NCBI GenBank assembly: GCA_964633905.1
Contig: CAZWIT010000003.1
Span: 67,193 to 131,192 of the forward strand
Origin: an uncultured Gammaproteobacteria bacterium
Lineage (GTDB): Bacteria > Patescibacteriota > Patescibacteriia > UBA1558 > GWA2-36-10
Direction of reading: 5' to 3'
Length of the DNA: 64,000 bases
Shown: positions 19,896 to 29,769 of the stretch, piece after piece
Layout of the letters: each line of letters begins with the position of its first letter
How positions within the stretch are numbered: position 1 is the first letter of the stretch
Program-made: the position numbers and the translations under genes
The notes under the pieces: generated by a model
The model's database searches: none
What the model was told of the DNA's origin: nothing
The model's input: the letters and a program-made list of their open reading frames with translations, nothing else

Positions 19896-20771
19896 CTACT
19901 TATTGCTATTTATCACGCCCTCTAAACACTGCCTATCATCTAATAAATAATCACATATGGTATCATCCCCTTTAATGCGGGCCAATGTACTGAAACATTC
20001 ATTTATATTCATCAGACTAACCTTTTTACAATATTCTTCATTCAAAGTGGTTTTTGCATGGGCTATATAACAAGTACTTTTAAAAGGAGCAGCTTCATTT
20101 TCACATTTTTCAACTTGTAAATAAGACAAATCTACTGCCGAAGGTTTTTCTTTAAAACAGAAACATTCGTTAGTACTCTTAACAAACATTGGGCTACTTT
20201 CACAAATTTCTCTACAACCATCCAAACTTTTCGCTGTTCCATCAGCGGGATGCATCCATCCATAACCATTAATTTTCCAAACTCCATTATCTTTTATCAG
20301 ATAAATATACTGCGGTTTTTTTTGACGATTATTTTTTATAGCCATTACCTTTAATACTGCCACATCATTTTTTATATCTACATTATCTATTGTGTATTCT
20401 AAGCCATTAAATTGACTTAAAAACATATTTTCTAAACTAAGCTCCTTAATCTCAGGATATAGCGCCGCCGTTTCTTTTGCTGATTTTAAAAAACTTTCTG
20501 ATGAATATATATAAGAAAAATATTTATCAACATCAACATTTTTAGCAGCAGTCATTGCTTCCGCAAAAACCTCTTCTGGGGTCGAATTATTGATATCAAC
20601 TTCTAAAAGTTTATCGCTATCAGTAATTTTGCCTTCAATATTATTAACATTTAAATCCGTTAGGATATTTGCCTTACCATCGCTAATATTTTGCTGACTA
20701 GCTTTTTTAGGGATTAAGGTGCACCCGGTAATAATGACTGGAAATAAAATTAATAAAATAAATCTTTTCAT
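19896..20771 (-). CDS. lipoprotein, NTF2/DUF4878-like domain plus Cys-rich C-terminus
   Basis: Lipobox ITGC; LIKDNGVWKI; many paired Cys. Confidence 0.7.
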   Translation of the reverse strand: MKRFILLILFPVIITGCTLIPKKASQQNISDGKANILTDLNVNNIEGKITDSDKLLEVDINNSTPEEVFAEAMTAAKNVDVDKYFSYIYSSESFLKSAKETAALYPEIKELSLENMFLSQFNGLEYTIDNVDIKNDVAVLKVMAIKNNRQKKPQYIYLIKDNGVWKINGYGWMHPADGTAKSLDGCREICESSPMFVKSTNECFCFKEKPSAVDLSYLQVEKCENEAAPFKSTCYIAHAKTTLNEEYCKKVSLMNINECFSTLARIKGDDTICDYLLDDRQCLEGVINSNK

Positions 20772-20800
20772 AATTTAAATTTAATATTAAACATTATAAG

Positions 20801-20832
20801 TATATCAAAAAACCACCTCTTAGCGAAGTGAA
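20801..20832. repeat. partial junction repeat J3
   Basis: tatatcaaaaaaccac hairpin. Confidence 0.55.
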
Positions 20833-20870
20833 TACTAAAAACTAAATCAATATTAAGATTAAAATTTTAT

Positions 20871-22019
20871 TTATTTTTTCAAAATATTTTTATACAGATC
20901 TACCATATTATCCATTAAACGATCTGCCTGAAAATTTTGTGCTGTCTTTATGGCTTGTTGAGATAATTGAAAACGCAGATCGTCATTATTGAGTAATAAG
21001 TTTATCTTTTCAATAGACTCTTCTAAACTATTTACCGCAAAACCATTTTCATAATCACGTATAACTTCTGGCACTACACCAACCGGATAAGCAACTGGTA
21101 CTAAGCCTTGCGACATGGCTTCTATCAGGCTTAAAGAAAACCCCTCATAACGAGATGGCATAAATAAAATAGCACCACGATATTGAGCTAAAATACTTGG
21201 AATATTTCTCTTAACTGCATTAACAAATAAAACATGATTATTAATCTGTTGACGCAACCAAGATAATAGTGGTTTATTACGAGACATTACTATAGATACT
21301 TTTTGTATATCTGGAAATTGATTAAAAACACTAATTAGACGATTGACACCTTTTAATTTTAAAGTAAAAGCATCCTCACCAATACGACCCAAAAAAACAA
21401 TAGCGCGACTATTAGTTTCTATAGAGGCTGTGCTTTTTTGCTCTTCAAACCAATAATCTTCCACAGCATTATGCAAAATTTTTATTTTGTCTGACTGAAC
21501 TCCTACAGAAATAAGATCATTTTTTACAATACTAGACGTAGCCATAATATGATCGACTCTTTCAGCTGCATACTGTTCAATAACAGCAATATCATTGAGT
21601 GGTCTCCTGGTCTTGATATCTAATTCCTTAATGGCTCCGTCTTTTTTTAATCTATAAAAAATACGTCTACAATCATCTTCTAGAGCGCTAGCCTTTGGCA
21701 CGGACCTCAAAAAACCGATAGTAGTTGATCCAAAATGAGAAACTATCGGTTTAGAAAAACGCAAAAAAGCTAATGGCGTATAAGTAGTACCTTGAATAAT
21801 ATCATGCCGCAAAATTTGATCACGTTTTTCTAACAAAGAATAAAAATAAAGAATATTATTAATACCCTTAAAATGAGTTGGAGTATCCTTTAAAGTAAAA
21901 CTTGGATAAAAATTATTTACCTCAATTCCTCGCTCGCGCAATTTACAACTAATCAGATCATTTATAAAATGAGCGCCTGTTCCTATTTTTTTATCACTAT
22001 GAATCAAGGCAATTTTCAT
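20871..22019 (-). CDS. glycosyltransferase family 4
   Basis: PSRYEGFSLSLIEAMSQG (EX7E motif). Confidence 0.9.
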   Translation of the reverse strand: MKIALIHSDKKIGTGAHFINDLISCKLRERGIEVNNFYPSFTLKDTPTHFKGINNILYFYSLLEKRDQILRHDIIQGTTYTPLAFLRFSKPIVSHFGSTTIGFLRSVPKASALEDDCRRIFYRLKKDGAIKELDIKTRRPLNDIAVIEQYAAERVDHIMATSSIVKNDLISVGVQSDKIKILHNAVEDYWFEEQKSTASIETNSRAIVFLGRIGEDAFTLKLKGVNRLISVFNQFPDIQKVSIVMSRNKPLLSWLRQQINNHVLFVNAVKRNIPSILAQYRGAILFMPSRYEGFSLSLIEAMSQGLVPVAYPVGVVPEVIRDYENGFAVNSLEESIEKINLLLNNDDLRFQLSQQAIKTAQNFQADRLMDNMVDLYKNILKK

Positions 22020-22096
22020 TTATTTACATTAAAATAATTTTAAGTCACACTTTTTTAATAGTAATAAAATTTTTTCTATACGTCAATAAATAACAA

Positions 22097-22196
22097 ATAT
22101 CAAAAAACTACCCATTCGACTACGCTCTCTTCGAGTCTGAGTGGCGAGGCCACTAGACCTCAGAGCCGAAAGCAGGGTAATCTTCTGTTGGAACCC
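22097..22196. repeat. cassette junction repeat J4 with nested palindrome
   Basis: atatcaaaaaactacccattcgactacgctc[insert]agggtaatcttctgttggaacc aligns to J1. Confidence 0.75.
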
Positions 22197-22226
22197 AATA
22201 AAAACGATTCTTATAAACTAGCCTTG

Positions 22227-22973
22227 CTACTCCTTAATAATCTCTAAAGATAAACTTTCCAGTGGCAAACCCTGGTATTGTTTTTTACTAATTTCTTTAT
22301 TCTCACCTAAAATATTCACCTGCAAACCAGCTTGTTTTACTTTGGCAATATAATTATCTTTCAAAAGTGCTCCACCCACACAGCCAGCTATCAAATCTTC
22401 GTTATTCCTCTGCTCTTCAGATAAATCCTCTAATAACACAATATCAGAAATACACATTTTCCCGCCTTGCTTTAAAACACGATAAGCTTCTTGAAAAACT
22501 TTTAATTTGTCAGGAGCTAAATTGATAACGCAGTTGCTAATAATAATATCAATAGAATTATCCTCTATTGGTAAATTCTCAATTTCCCCTAATTTAAATT
22601 CGACATTATTATATTTATATTTATTAGCTAAAATAGTAGCTTTGACAATCATCTCCTGAGTCATGTCTACGCCAATAACTTTACCAGTCTCACCAACTTT
22701 TTTAGCTGCCAAAAAAGCATCAAAGCCAGCCCCAGAGCCAAGATCCAAAACAACATCACCGACTTTAATTTTACTGATAGTAATTGGATTGCCACAACCT
22801 AAGCCCATATTAGCCTCGGGTACTACAATCATCTCTTCATCAGAGTAGCCAATACTTTTAGAAATTGACTGGCTAGTATCCGAACCACAGCTACACTTGC
22901 AGCCACAGCCAGATTGCTTAGCTAATTTAGCATAATTATCTTTTACTACTTTTTTTACTTCTTCGGCTTGCAT
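22227..22973 (-). CDS. arsM: arsenite methyltransferase
   Basis: GLGCGNP, LDLGSGAGFD, ISNCVINLAPDK, GCVGGA. Confidence 0.9.
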   Translation of the reverse strand: MQAEEVKKVVKDNYAKLAKQSGCGCKCSCGSDTSQSISKSIGYSDEEMIVVPEANMGLGCGNPITISKIKVGDVVLDLGSGAGFDAFLAAKKVGETGKVIGVDMTQEMIVKATILANKYKYNNVEFKLGEIENLPIEDNSIDIIISNCVINLAPDKLKVFQEAYRVLKQGGKMCISDIVLLEDLSEEQRNNEDLIAGCVGGALLKDNYIAKVKQAGLQVNILGENKEISKKQYQGLPLESLSLEIIKE

Positions 22974-23035
22974 AAATTAATCTATTTTTTTATTTAATAA
23001 CTTTTTTATTATATCACACAAAAGAAAAAACTTTT

Positions 23036-23398
23036 TCATATTTTGCTAATTATATAACCAGCAAAAATAAAGCTCAAAATTATTATTATATAAACGATAA
23101 TATTATCAATTATGGCGTAAATCTTAAAAGACCTGGTACCATTATTGCGAACAAACATATGATAGTAATAATAACGATGCCAATGATAACTTGTATAATA
23201 TAAGAATATTAAAAAAATAATAAAAAATAAAAATAATAATATGAAAGTGACTATCTTATTTACTCCTTCACTAGTATTTAAAAATGTGCAAAACAGAATA
23301 ACTTCTAGCACCGCAGACAAAATTAAATAAGGAATCTTTTGATAAAGTTGATTTTTGTAATACTCTTTATTTTTTTTCTGTAAACTAAATAACCACAT
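23036..23398 (-). CDS. hypothetical membrane protein (array cargo)
   Basis: 3 TM; very AT-rich. Confidence 0.55.
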   Translation of the reverse strand: MWLFSLQKKNKEYYKNQLYQKIPYLILSAVLEVILFCTFLNTSEGVNKIVTFILLFLFFIIFLIFLYYTSYHWHRYYYYHMFVRNNGTRSFKIYAIIDNIIVYIIIILSFIFAGYIISKI

Positions 23399-23407
23399 AT
23401 TGATAGT

Positions 23408-23480
23408 ATATCAAAAAACCATTCCGTTTGGAATGATTTTCTGTTGGGGTCCGTTGTGGGATGAATTCAGAACCTTTTAT
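23408..23480. repeat. cassette junction repeat J5
   Basis: tatatcaaaaaacca..gattttctgttggggtccgttgtgggatgaattcagaacc. Confidence 0.85.
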
Positions 23481-23522
23481 AATAAGTATAGCGGTGACGA
23501 TTTACGAAGATTAAGCTATTTA

Positions 23523-24257
23523 TTAAATATTGGCTAAATCTTTCTCTATTTTTTCCTTTAACCATTTTTTAAACTCCTCGAAATCAATGTAGCCATACTT
23601 GCGATCTTCATCATTTGGATTAGAACTCGTATATTCAAATCTCTCTTGAATATCTGTAAAAAAATCTTCATGTTTCTCGGTTAAATCACCATCTTTTACT
23701 TTAGTGACAAAATAAGTATAGAAATCTTCCTCAAATTTATTATAATCTGATTTGCCCGCAGTTGCTTCCGATAATTTATCTAATAAGTATTTAAAAAGTA
23801 CGGTTCTCTTTAATCTTTGATCTTTTTCTTTATCCAAAAAATCTTGCAAAATTTTATAAACATCTTTATAAGATGTTTCTCGTAATTCATCTTGAAAGAA
23901 AAATAATGAATTAGCTAATATATCCCTTTCATTGAATTTCCCATTAAACATAAGGCCCAGATACCTATCTCTAAATTTAGGATAATAGTTATATAACCTA
24001 GCATTTGATGTGACAACCCAACCGCCATACCCAGAATCATTCCAATACTTTAATGCATCAAATAAAATTGACGGTACTCTATCATCATTATCAATAAAAC
24101 TCAAAAGTATGGCGGCTGTACATTTATTACGAGCATCTTCGTATTTATTATAAAAACCAATGAGCTCTTCTGTGTGAGCTTTGGTTAATTTATTTTTATT
24201 ATTTAGGTCCCAATATTTTTTGAACTCCTTGGACTCTTTTTTAAATTTATTTTTCAT
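23523..24257 (-). CDS. hypothetical helical protein (array cargo)
   Basis: 244-aa ORF. Confidence 0.6.
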   Translation of the reverse strand: MKNKFKKESKEFKKYWDLNNKNKLTKAHTEELIGFYNKYEDARNKCTAAILLSFIDNDDRVPSILFDALKYWNDSGYGGWVVTSNARLYNYYPKFRDRYLGLMFNGKFNERDILANSLFFFQDELRETSYKDVYKILQDFLDKEKDQRLKRTVLFKYLLDKLSEATAGKSDYNKFEEDFYTYFVTKVKDGDLTEKHEDFFTDIQERFEYTSSNPNDEDRKYGYIDFEEFKKWLKEKIEKDLANI

Positions 24258-24273
24258 TTTTAGAGACTTAGGA

Positions 24274-25338
24274 TTAAAAATATAATTTCTTCCTATTTTG
24301 TATAAAAACTATAAGTAATGCTAGTGCAAAAAAATTCACTTTTATTAACAAAGATATATTATCTAAATCTAAAGTCGAACCAAATGGAATACTAATCATC
24401 TGGCTAAAATCTAATATAATATTATTAAACCCTAAAATCACCGCTTGTAGAGCAGACCAAATAATACCAATTATTATGCCCGCTTTCTTTTTTTGAAATA
24501 AAAATATAGACCCAATTACCCCAAGTATAGATACTGGCATACCAAACATTATAAAATTTGAATTAAACAAGATAACTAAATAATTTATTAATTGACCTAA
24601 GCTCATAACAAGCATTAACCATTTCATAACCCCCATCATCTTGCTAAGATGTTTCCTTTTACTTTCTTCTTGTTTATTTTCTTGTTCTGTCGGCTTATTT
24701 ATAGGAAAACTATCTTCTGGCTTATAGTACTTGAATAACCTATCAATATATATTTCTAACTCTTCTTTTTTTACTTTTCCCAAAATTTTATCAGCCCTCC
24801 TATCCAAATTAATTATAAAATTATCAGCGTCATTAGGAAAACTATATGTAAAATTATAAGAATCAATAATAAAATCTTCTTTCTGTTCCTCTTTTAATTT
24901 TAAATAATAGTCGTTAAGTTTTCCCATTCCTTGAATAATGTTCTCGATAACAATTTTTACCTTATTGAATTCTGCCTTATCGCTCTTTAAACTATTTGCT
25001 ATGTCACTTCCTTTTCTAACATTGGTAATAAAATTAGCCCCAACAAAAGGATTCATATTTTCTAAAAACTCTTTAGCCTCCTCTATTGAATATCCGTACC
25101 AATTATCATCTGATAACTTTTTAGCTAGATCATCAAAACTATAATATTCTTTTAAGAAATATATACCATCACGAGTAATGTCTGATTCTCCAGTATGAAT
25201 TTCGTCCAATATATAAGCTAATTTATCAAAATCAATAAAGTCCTTAACATAAAAAGGACCAGAACCACTTTGATATAAAGTAAATGCTAAAACTTTTCCC
25301 TTATACTTTTCCTCAATTTTTGATTTATCATTTTCCAT
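24274..25338 (-). CDS. hypothetical protein with C-terminal 4-TM domain (array cargo)
   Basis: 354-aa ORF. Confidence 0.6.
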   Translation of the reverse strand: MENDKSKIEEKYKGKVLAFTLYQSGSGPFYVKDFIDFDKLAYILDEIHTGESDITRDGIYFLKEYYSFDDLAKKLSDDNWYGYSIEEAKEFLENMNPFVGANFITNVRKGSDIANSLKSDKAEFNKVKIVIENIIQGMGKLNDYYLKLKEEQKEDFIIDSYNFTYSFPNDADNFIINLDRRADKILGKVKKEELEIYIDRLFKYYKPEDSFPINKPTEQENKQEESKRKHLSKMMGVMKWLMLVMSLGQLINYLVILFNSNFIMFGMPVSILGVIGSIFLFQKKKAGIIIGIIWSALQAVILGFNNIILDFSQMISIPFGSTLDLDNISLLIKVNFFALALLIVFIQNRKKLYF

Positions 25339-25436
25339 ATATAAATCATACCAAAAATTATTAATAAAAACTACTTAAAGTTCTATAGCCATTCTGGGTG
25401 TATCAAAAAATTAGCTAAGATTAGCTAACTTTTTGG

Positions 25437-25512
25437 TGGGGTGCCTAAAGGGAATTGAACCCTTATCAGCGGTGCCACAAACCGCTGTGTTAACCGTTAC
25501 ACCATAGGCACC
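25437..25512 (-). tRNA. tRNA-His(GTG)
   Basis: G-1 8-bp acceptor stem GGTGCCTA/TAGGCACC, loop TTGTGGC, encoded CCA. Confidence 0.95.
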
Positions 25513-25528
25513 ATATAAAAAATTTACG

Positions 25529-25605
25529 TGGTGTCCCCAGCACGGCTCGAACGTGCAACCTACAGCTTAGAAGGCTGTTGCTCTATCCAATTGAGCTATG
25601 AGGAC
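25529..25605 (-). tRNA. tRNA-Arg(TCT)
   Basis: Cloverleaf, loop CTTCTAA, GTTCGAG, CCA. Confidence 0.95.
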
Positions 25606-25840
25606 TTATTAAAAAATAGATAAGCTGCCTACATTATAAATGTAAATAAACATTTTGTTTATCACTACTTGTCCCGAGCGTAGCCGAAGGAAGCTATGAG
25701 GACTTAAAAAAATGAACAAATTAACTAATGATTATTAATAATCATCGCTGAGTATAACAGTAATAGCCTATTTAGTCAATCCCATAATTAGTTTTAATTA
25801 GAGCTAAAATATGGTATATTTAAGAAGTTATCATAAACTT

Positions 25841-26296
25841 ATGAGCTTAAAAAATAAAAATCCACAATTAATTTATTTAGCCGCTGATCACGCTGGTTTA
25901 AAATTAAAAAACCTAATTAAAAATTACCTAAGCGAGCAAGGTATTGCCTACAAAGATTTTGGCGCTGACAAACTAGAATCAACTGATGACTACCCTGATT
26001 ACGCTAAAAAATTAACTAAAGAATTAAGTAAAAATTCTCACAACTTTGGCATTTTGATTTGTGGCTCTGGCCAAGGCATGGTGATTGCTGCTAATCGCCA
26101 AAAAAAGGTTCGCGCTATCTTGGGCTATTCTGCTCATGCTGTTATGGTAGCGAGACTTGATAACGATGCCAATGCCCTGTGTCTAGCTGGACGCTTTATC
26201 TCTCCAACAACTGCTATTCATATTGTTGATTTATTTATTCATAGTCCTTTTTCTAAAGAAGAACGGCACCAAAGAAGAATCAAAAAACTAGGATGA
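25841..26296 (+). CDS. rpiB: ribose-5-phosphate isomerase B
   Basis: ADHAG, DYPD, CGSGQG, RHQRRI. Confidence 0.95.
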   Translation: MSLKNKNPQLIYLAADHAGLKLKNLIKNYLSEQGIAYKDFGADKLESTDDYPDYAKKLTKELSKNSHNFGILICGSGQGMVIAANRQKKVRAILGYSAHAVMVARLDNDANALCLAGRFISPTTAIHIVDLFIHSPFSKEERHQRRIKKLG

Positions 26297-26955
26297 AAAC
26301 AATTCAAATTATCCCAGCAGTCCTTGCCTCTGATTTAAAACATTTTAAAAAACAGTGGCAGCAGGTAGCTAGCCTTAGCAAAACTATCCAAATAGACATT
26401 ATGGATGGTGTTTTAGTTACTACTAAAAATAACATTAATCCAAATACCATTAAAAATTTGACTAATAAACACCAGCTAGAAATCCATCTCATGGTCAAAG
26501 ACTTAAGTAACTATATGTCCAGCTGGTCCAAGTTAAAAAATGTCAAAAAAATTATCTGGCATTTTAGCGCTGAAACAAATACGCAAGCTATTTTGTGCTT
26601 AAATGATTATTTAAAAAAAAAAAAAATAAAAACTGGCCTATGTTTAGATCTTAAAACCAAACCCCAACAAATAGCTAAATTAGTTCCTTATTTTGACACT
26701 ATCCAAGTGATGGGAATCGTAGCTGGCAAGCAAGGCCAAAAATTTCAAGCTAAAGTTATTAGTAAAATAAAAACCTTAAGAAAAAAATACCCCGAAAAAA
26801 ATATTGAAATAGATGGTGGCGTAAACGACAAAAATTTTAAAACTATTCTTCAAGCTGGCGCTAATATATTTGTCCTAGGCAGTAGTTTACAAAACGCTCC
26901 TAATCCCAAAAAGGCTTATCAATACTTTAAAAATCTTAACCAAAAAACTCCTTAG
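26293..26955 (+). CDS. rpe: ribulose-phosphate 3-epimerase
   Basis: IDIMDG, EIHLMV, EIDGGVN. Confidence 0.9.
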   Translation: MKTIQIIPAVLASDLKHFKKQWQQVASLSKTIQIDIMDGVLVTTKNNINPNTIKNLTNKHQLEIHLMVKDLSNYMSSWSKLKNVKKIIWHFSAETNTQAILCLNDYLKKKKIKTGLCLDLKTKPQQIAKLVPYFDTIQVMGIVAGKQGQKFQAKVISKIKTLRKKYPEKNIEIDGGVNDKNFKTILQAGANIFVLGSSLQNAPNPKKAYQYFKNLNQKTP

Positions 26956-26992
26956 TAATATAAGGAGTTTTTTAATTAAAAATTTAAGTAAA

Positions 26993-29593
26993 TTAAACTT
27001 GGGGATTATTTTGATTATCTACAGGAGTAGAATTTTCCACCAAAGCTTCTTCAGCAATCTTGCGACTACGTCTTAATAATAAGATGATGCCGATAATAAA
27101 GATTAAAATAAATACCGCTCCCCCTACATAATAAATATTAAATGGTAATTTTTCCCAGAATTTTTTGCTCTCTACTTTTGCTGGACTAGTTGGCTCCTTA
27201 CTTACAACTGGTTCTCTAGTAATATTAGTAACTTCAAAACTAATAGCACTTGATTGCTTTAATAAATTACCATTACTATCATTGCTAGCAACATAAACCT
27301 TATGCAAACCTTCGCTTAAAGTTTGATCCAATCTATAATTCCAAGATCCGCTAGCATCTGTTTTAGTTGCTAAAACTAAAGGCAAGGAACTATACAAATA
27401 AATATTAACCCAAGTATTTGGATCAGCTGTACCGCTCAAACTTAAGCCCGCTGTTTCTGTTTCTACTTGTTTTAATTGCCAAATCGGATCAATAAGCAAA
27501 GAAGCGTCATGGGGTTGTTCTAAACTGAGTTTAGCTAATATGACTTGATCTAAGGCATTACGCTCGACTCCTAATTTACCGTCGCCAATTGGATTATAGC
27601 CATTTCTTATTTCCTCACCATCTAAATAGCTATCACCATCGGAATCTGGATTAGCGCTATCAGTACCGTAATAAGCTTCTAGATCATCTGGCAATAAATC
27701 TGCATCCCGATCAAGCAATATGGCTGCCGGATTATTTAATAACAATTGCTCAGTGCTAGCTAAAACAGCAGTTGACTTAGCTTTGGCTACTAAAATATTA
27801 GTGTCCATTTTAAGCAAAGGTAAATTCCAAGTTGCTTCTTCGCCGACTGATAACTCTTGTAGCAAATCTTTTAACTTTATAGTTTTAGCAGCTTGATTTT
27901 CTGTCAAAGTTTCTATTTTTTTACTTTCAATTTGAGATAAAGATAAGCGGTATAAATATTTTTGACGCAAAATATTTTGACATTCCTCAGCCGTAGCTAA
28001 TTTACAATCCACTTTAGATAAATATTGACTAGCTAAATAATCCTGACATTGACTTAATTCTGCCAACCCTTGCTCCTGGCAAACAGCTTGTAATTTATTA
28101 TCTCGTAAATAATTTTCACAAGCTATTGAATCAAAAATATTTTGATCCAAACAAGCAAGTGGTATCTGCCCAGATATTTCTGCTTGATATTTACTACATA
28201 TTTGTTGATCAGTAATGCCGGATTTTATACAATTAATATTATTTGTTTCTGTATTATTGTCCGTAAGCAATGGGTCCGTTAAATTATCCGAGCTCGTAGC
28301 CAAATTTTCTGTACTAGTACTTGATTCACCTATCAAAATTTCATTATAAATAGAAATAATCTTAGCTTCACTAGTCACCATGGTGTCTCCTACCAAAGAC
28401 TGCACTAATACATAATAGTTGCCGTTTTCTAATTGCGTGGTATCAAATAAATAAATATATTGCTGACCACCACCAGCATTAGAGCTCTGCAAGACTCCCT
28501 CTGCCTGTAATACTTCTGCTCTGGCTAGACTATCTTGAAAAACAAATTGTAAATTATTTAAATTTTTATCACTATTTGCTTTGAGGGTCACTAGTCCTGA
28601 TAAATTATTACCTGGATTAAAAAGACTCAAGTTAACATCACTGGCTTTTAAAATGGTTGGCAAAACTAAAGCTAAATCAAATGAATCATCAACTGTTATT
28701 TCGCTATCCTCTACTTTGGCTGTGACTAGCAATTTATAATTACCAGCAATAAATGTTTCGTCTAAATTAATAGTTGTATTCCAGCTAAGACCATCTAATT
28801 TATCAATGCCAAGGTCGCCAGTTGATATGGCTGTACTATCAACATTTATTAATTCTATATTTAGATTATCAGCCGCAAAATTAGTAGTTAATTTTAAAGC
28901 TAATTGCGAAGTGCCAAATAAATTATTATTACTTGGCACGGTCAAATTAAAACTTGATAAGCTTATTGTCCTGGTAGTTGTAGTAGGGACAGTTACTTCT
29001 GCGACTGGAACATCGGCAACCAAATTAATGGTGCTGGTCGTGCTGGTGGTAGCATGCTCATCCAAAACTAAGCCTTGATTTTGATCAACTTGGCTAATTA
29101 CTAGCTCTTGATTTTCTGCTTCACTGGCTACAGCTGATGTTAGTTCTGAATCAATATCTAGCAGTTGAACTAAATTAATATCGGAGTTTAAAGTATCTAA
29201 TAAAACACCATTTTTATCAAAAATATTAGCCACCGCTGATAATTGATAAATACCCGCTGGCCAATTTTCAGTATTCCAAGAATTATTCGACTGCCATGAA
29301 CCATCTGACTGCCTACTGGCTTCAAAATTTAATTTAATATTTTTTTCTGGGCTGGCCACTACTAGATAAACTACCGCCTTATTGTCTATTTTTTCATCAT
29401 TTAACTGGATTTGTAAATTTATTTGCTCACCAATTTGATGGCTACTCTGAGCCAAAGGGTTAATTAGGACTGCCTTAAAGTCATAGTCTTGGACAGGGTT
29501 TGCTTTACTAACTACAAAAATTAAACCTTGCACTAAAACTAAAATAGCGAAAAAGAAAAAGGTAAAATGATGATGAATTTTTTGCCAAAGCAT
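26993..29593 (-). CDS. large membrane-anchored surface protein (Ig-like domains, Ca-binding DxDxD repeats, Cys-rich segment)
   Basis: DRDADLLPD..DSDGDSYLDGEE; C-terminal TM. Confidence 0.75.
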   Translation of the reverse strand: MLWQKIHHHFTFFFFAILVLVQGLIFVVSKANPVQDYDFKAVLINPLAQSSHQIGEQINLQIQLNDEKIDNKAVVYLVVASPEKNIKLNFEASRQSDGSWQSNNSWNTENWPAGIYQLSAVANIFDKNGVLLDTLNSDINLVQLLDIDSELTSAVASEAENQELVISQVDQNQGLVLDEHATTSTTSTINLVADVPVAEVTVPTTTTRTISLSSFNLTVPSNNNLFGTSQLALKLTTNFAADNLNIELINVDSTAISTGDLGIDKLDGLSWNTTINLDETFIAGNYKLLVTAKVEDSEITVDDSFDLALVLPTILKASDVNLSLFNPGNNLSGLVTLKANSDKNLNNLQFVFQDSLARAEVLQAEGVLQSSNAGGGQQYIYLFDTTQLENGNYYVLVQSLVGDTMVTSEAKIISIYNEILIGESSTSTENLATSSDNLTDPLLTDNNTETNNINCIKSGITDQQICSKYQAEISGQIPLACLDQNIFDSIACENYLRDNKLQAVCQEQGLAELSQCQDYLASQYLSKVDCKLATAEECQNILRQKYLYRLSLSQIESKKIETLTENQAAKTIKLKDLLQELSVGEEATWNLPLLKMDTNILVAKAKSTAVLASTEQLLLNNPAAILLDRDADLLPDDLEAYYGTDSANPDSDGDSYLDGEEIRNGYNPIGDGKLGVERNALDQVILAKLSLEQPHDASLLIDPIWQLKQVETETAGLSLSGTADPNTWVNIYLYSSLPLVLATKTDASGSWNYRLDQTLSEGLHKVYVASNDSNGNLLKQSSAISFEVTNITREPVVSKEPTSPAKVESKKFWEKLPFNIYYVGGAVFILIFIIGIILLLRRSRKIAEEALVENSTPVDNQNNPQV

Positions 29594-29666
29594 AAATTAG
29601 ATAGTAAATTTTAATGGCTTTATTATAGCATAATTAAACTAAAATAAAAAAACCGCCCATTTCATT

Positions 29667-29739
29667 GTCATTGCGAGGGTTTTAAGCCGAAGCAATCTAT
29701 AAGCTGGTAGATTGCCACGCCCTTTGGGCTCGCAATAAC
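29667..29739. repeat. REP/RPE-like palindromic element
   Basis: gtcattgcgag...gcaatcta..tagattgc...ctcgcaataac. Confidence 0.75.
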
Positions 29740-29769
29740 GTTTAAAGACGATTTTTTAAAATTTATATT

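Noticed and set aside
18621-23480. CRISPR array or classical integron attC sites
   Set aside because: Repeats are degenerate and kb-spaced, lack RYYYAAC/GTTRRRY ends, and no cas or intI is present
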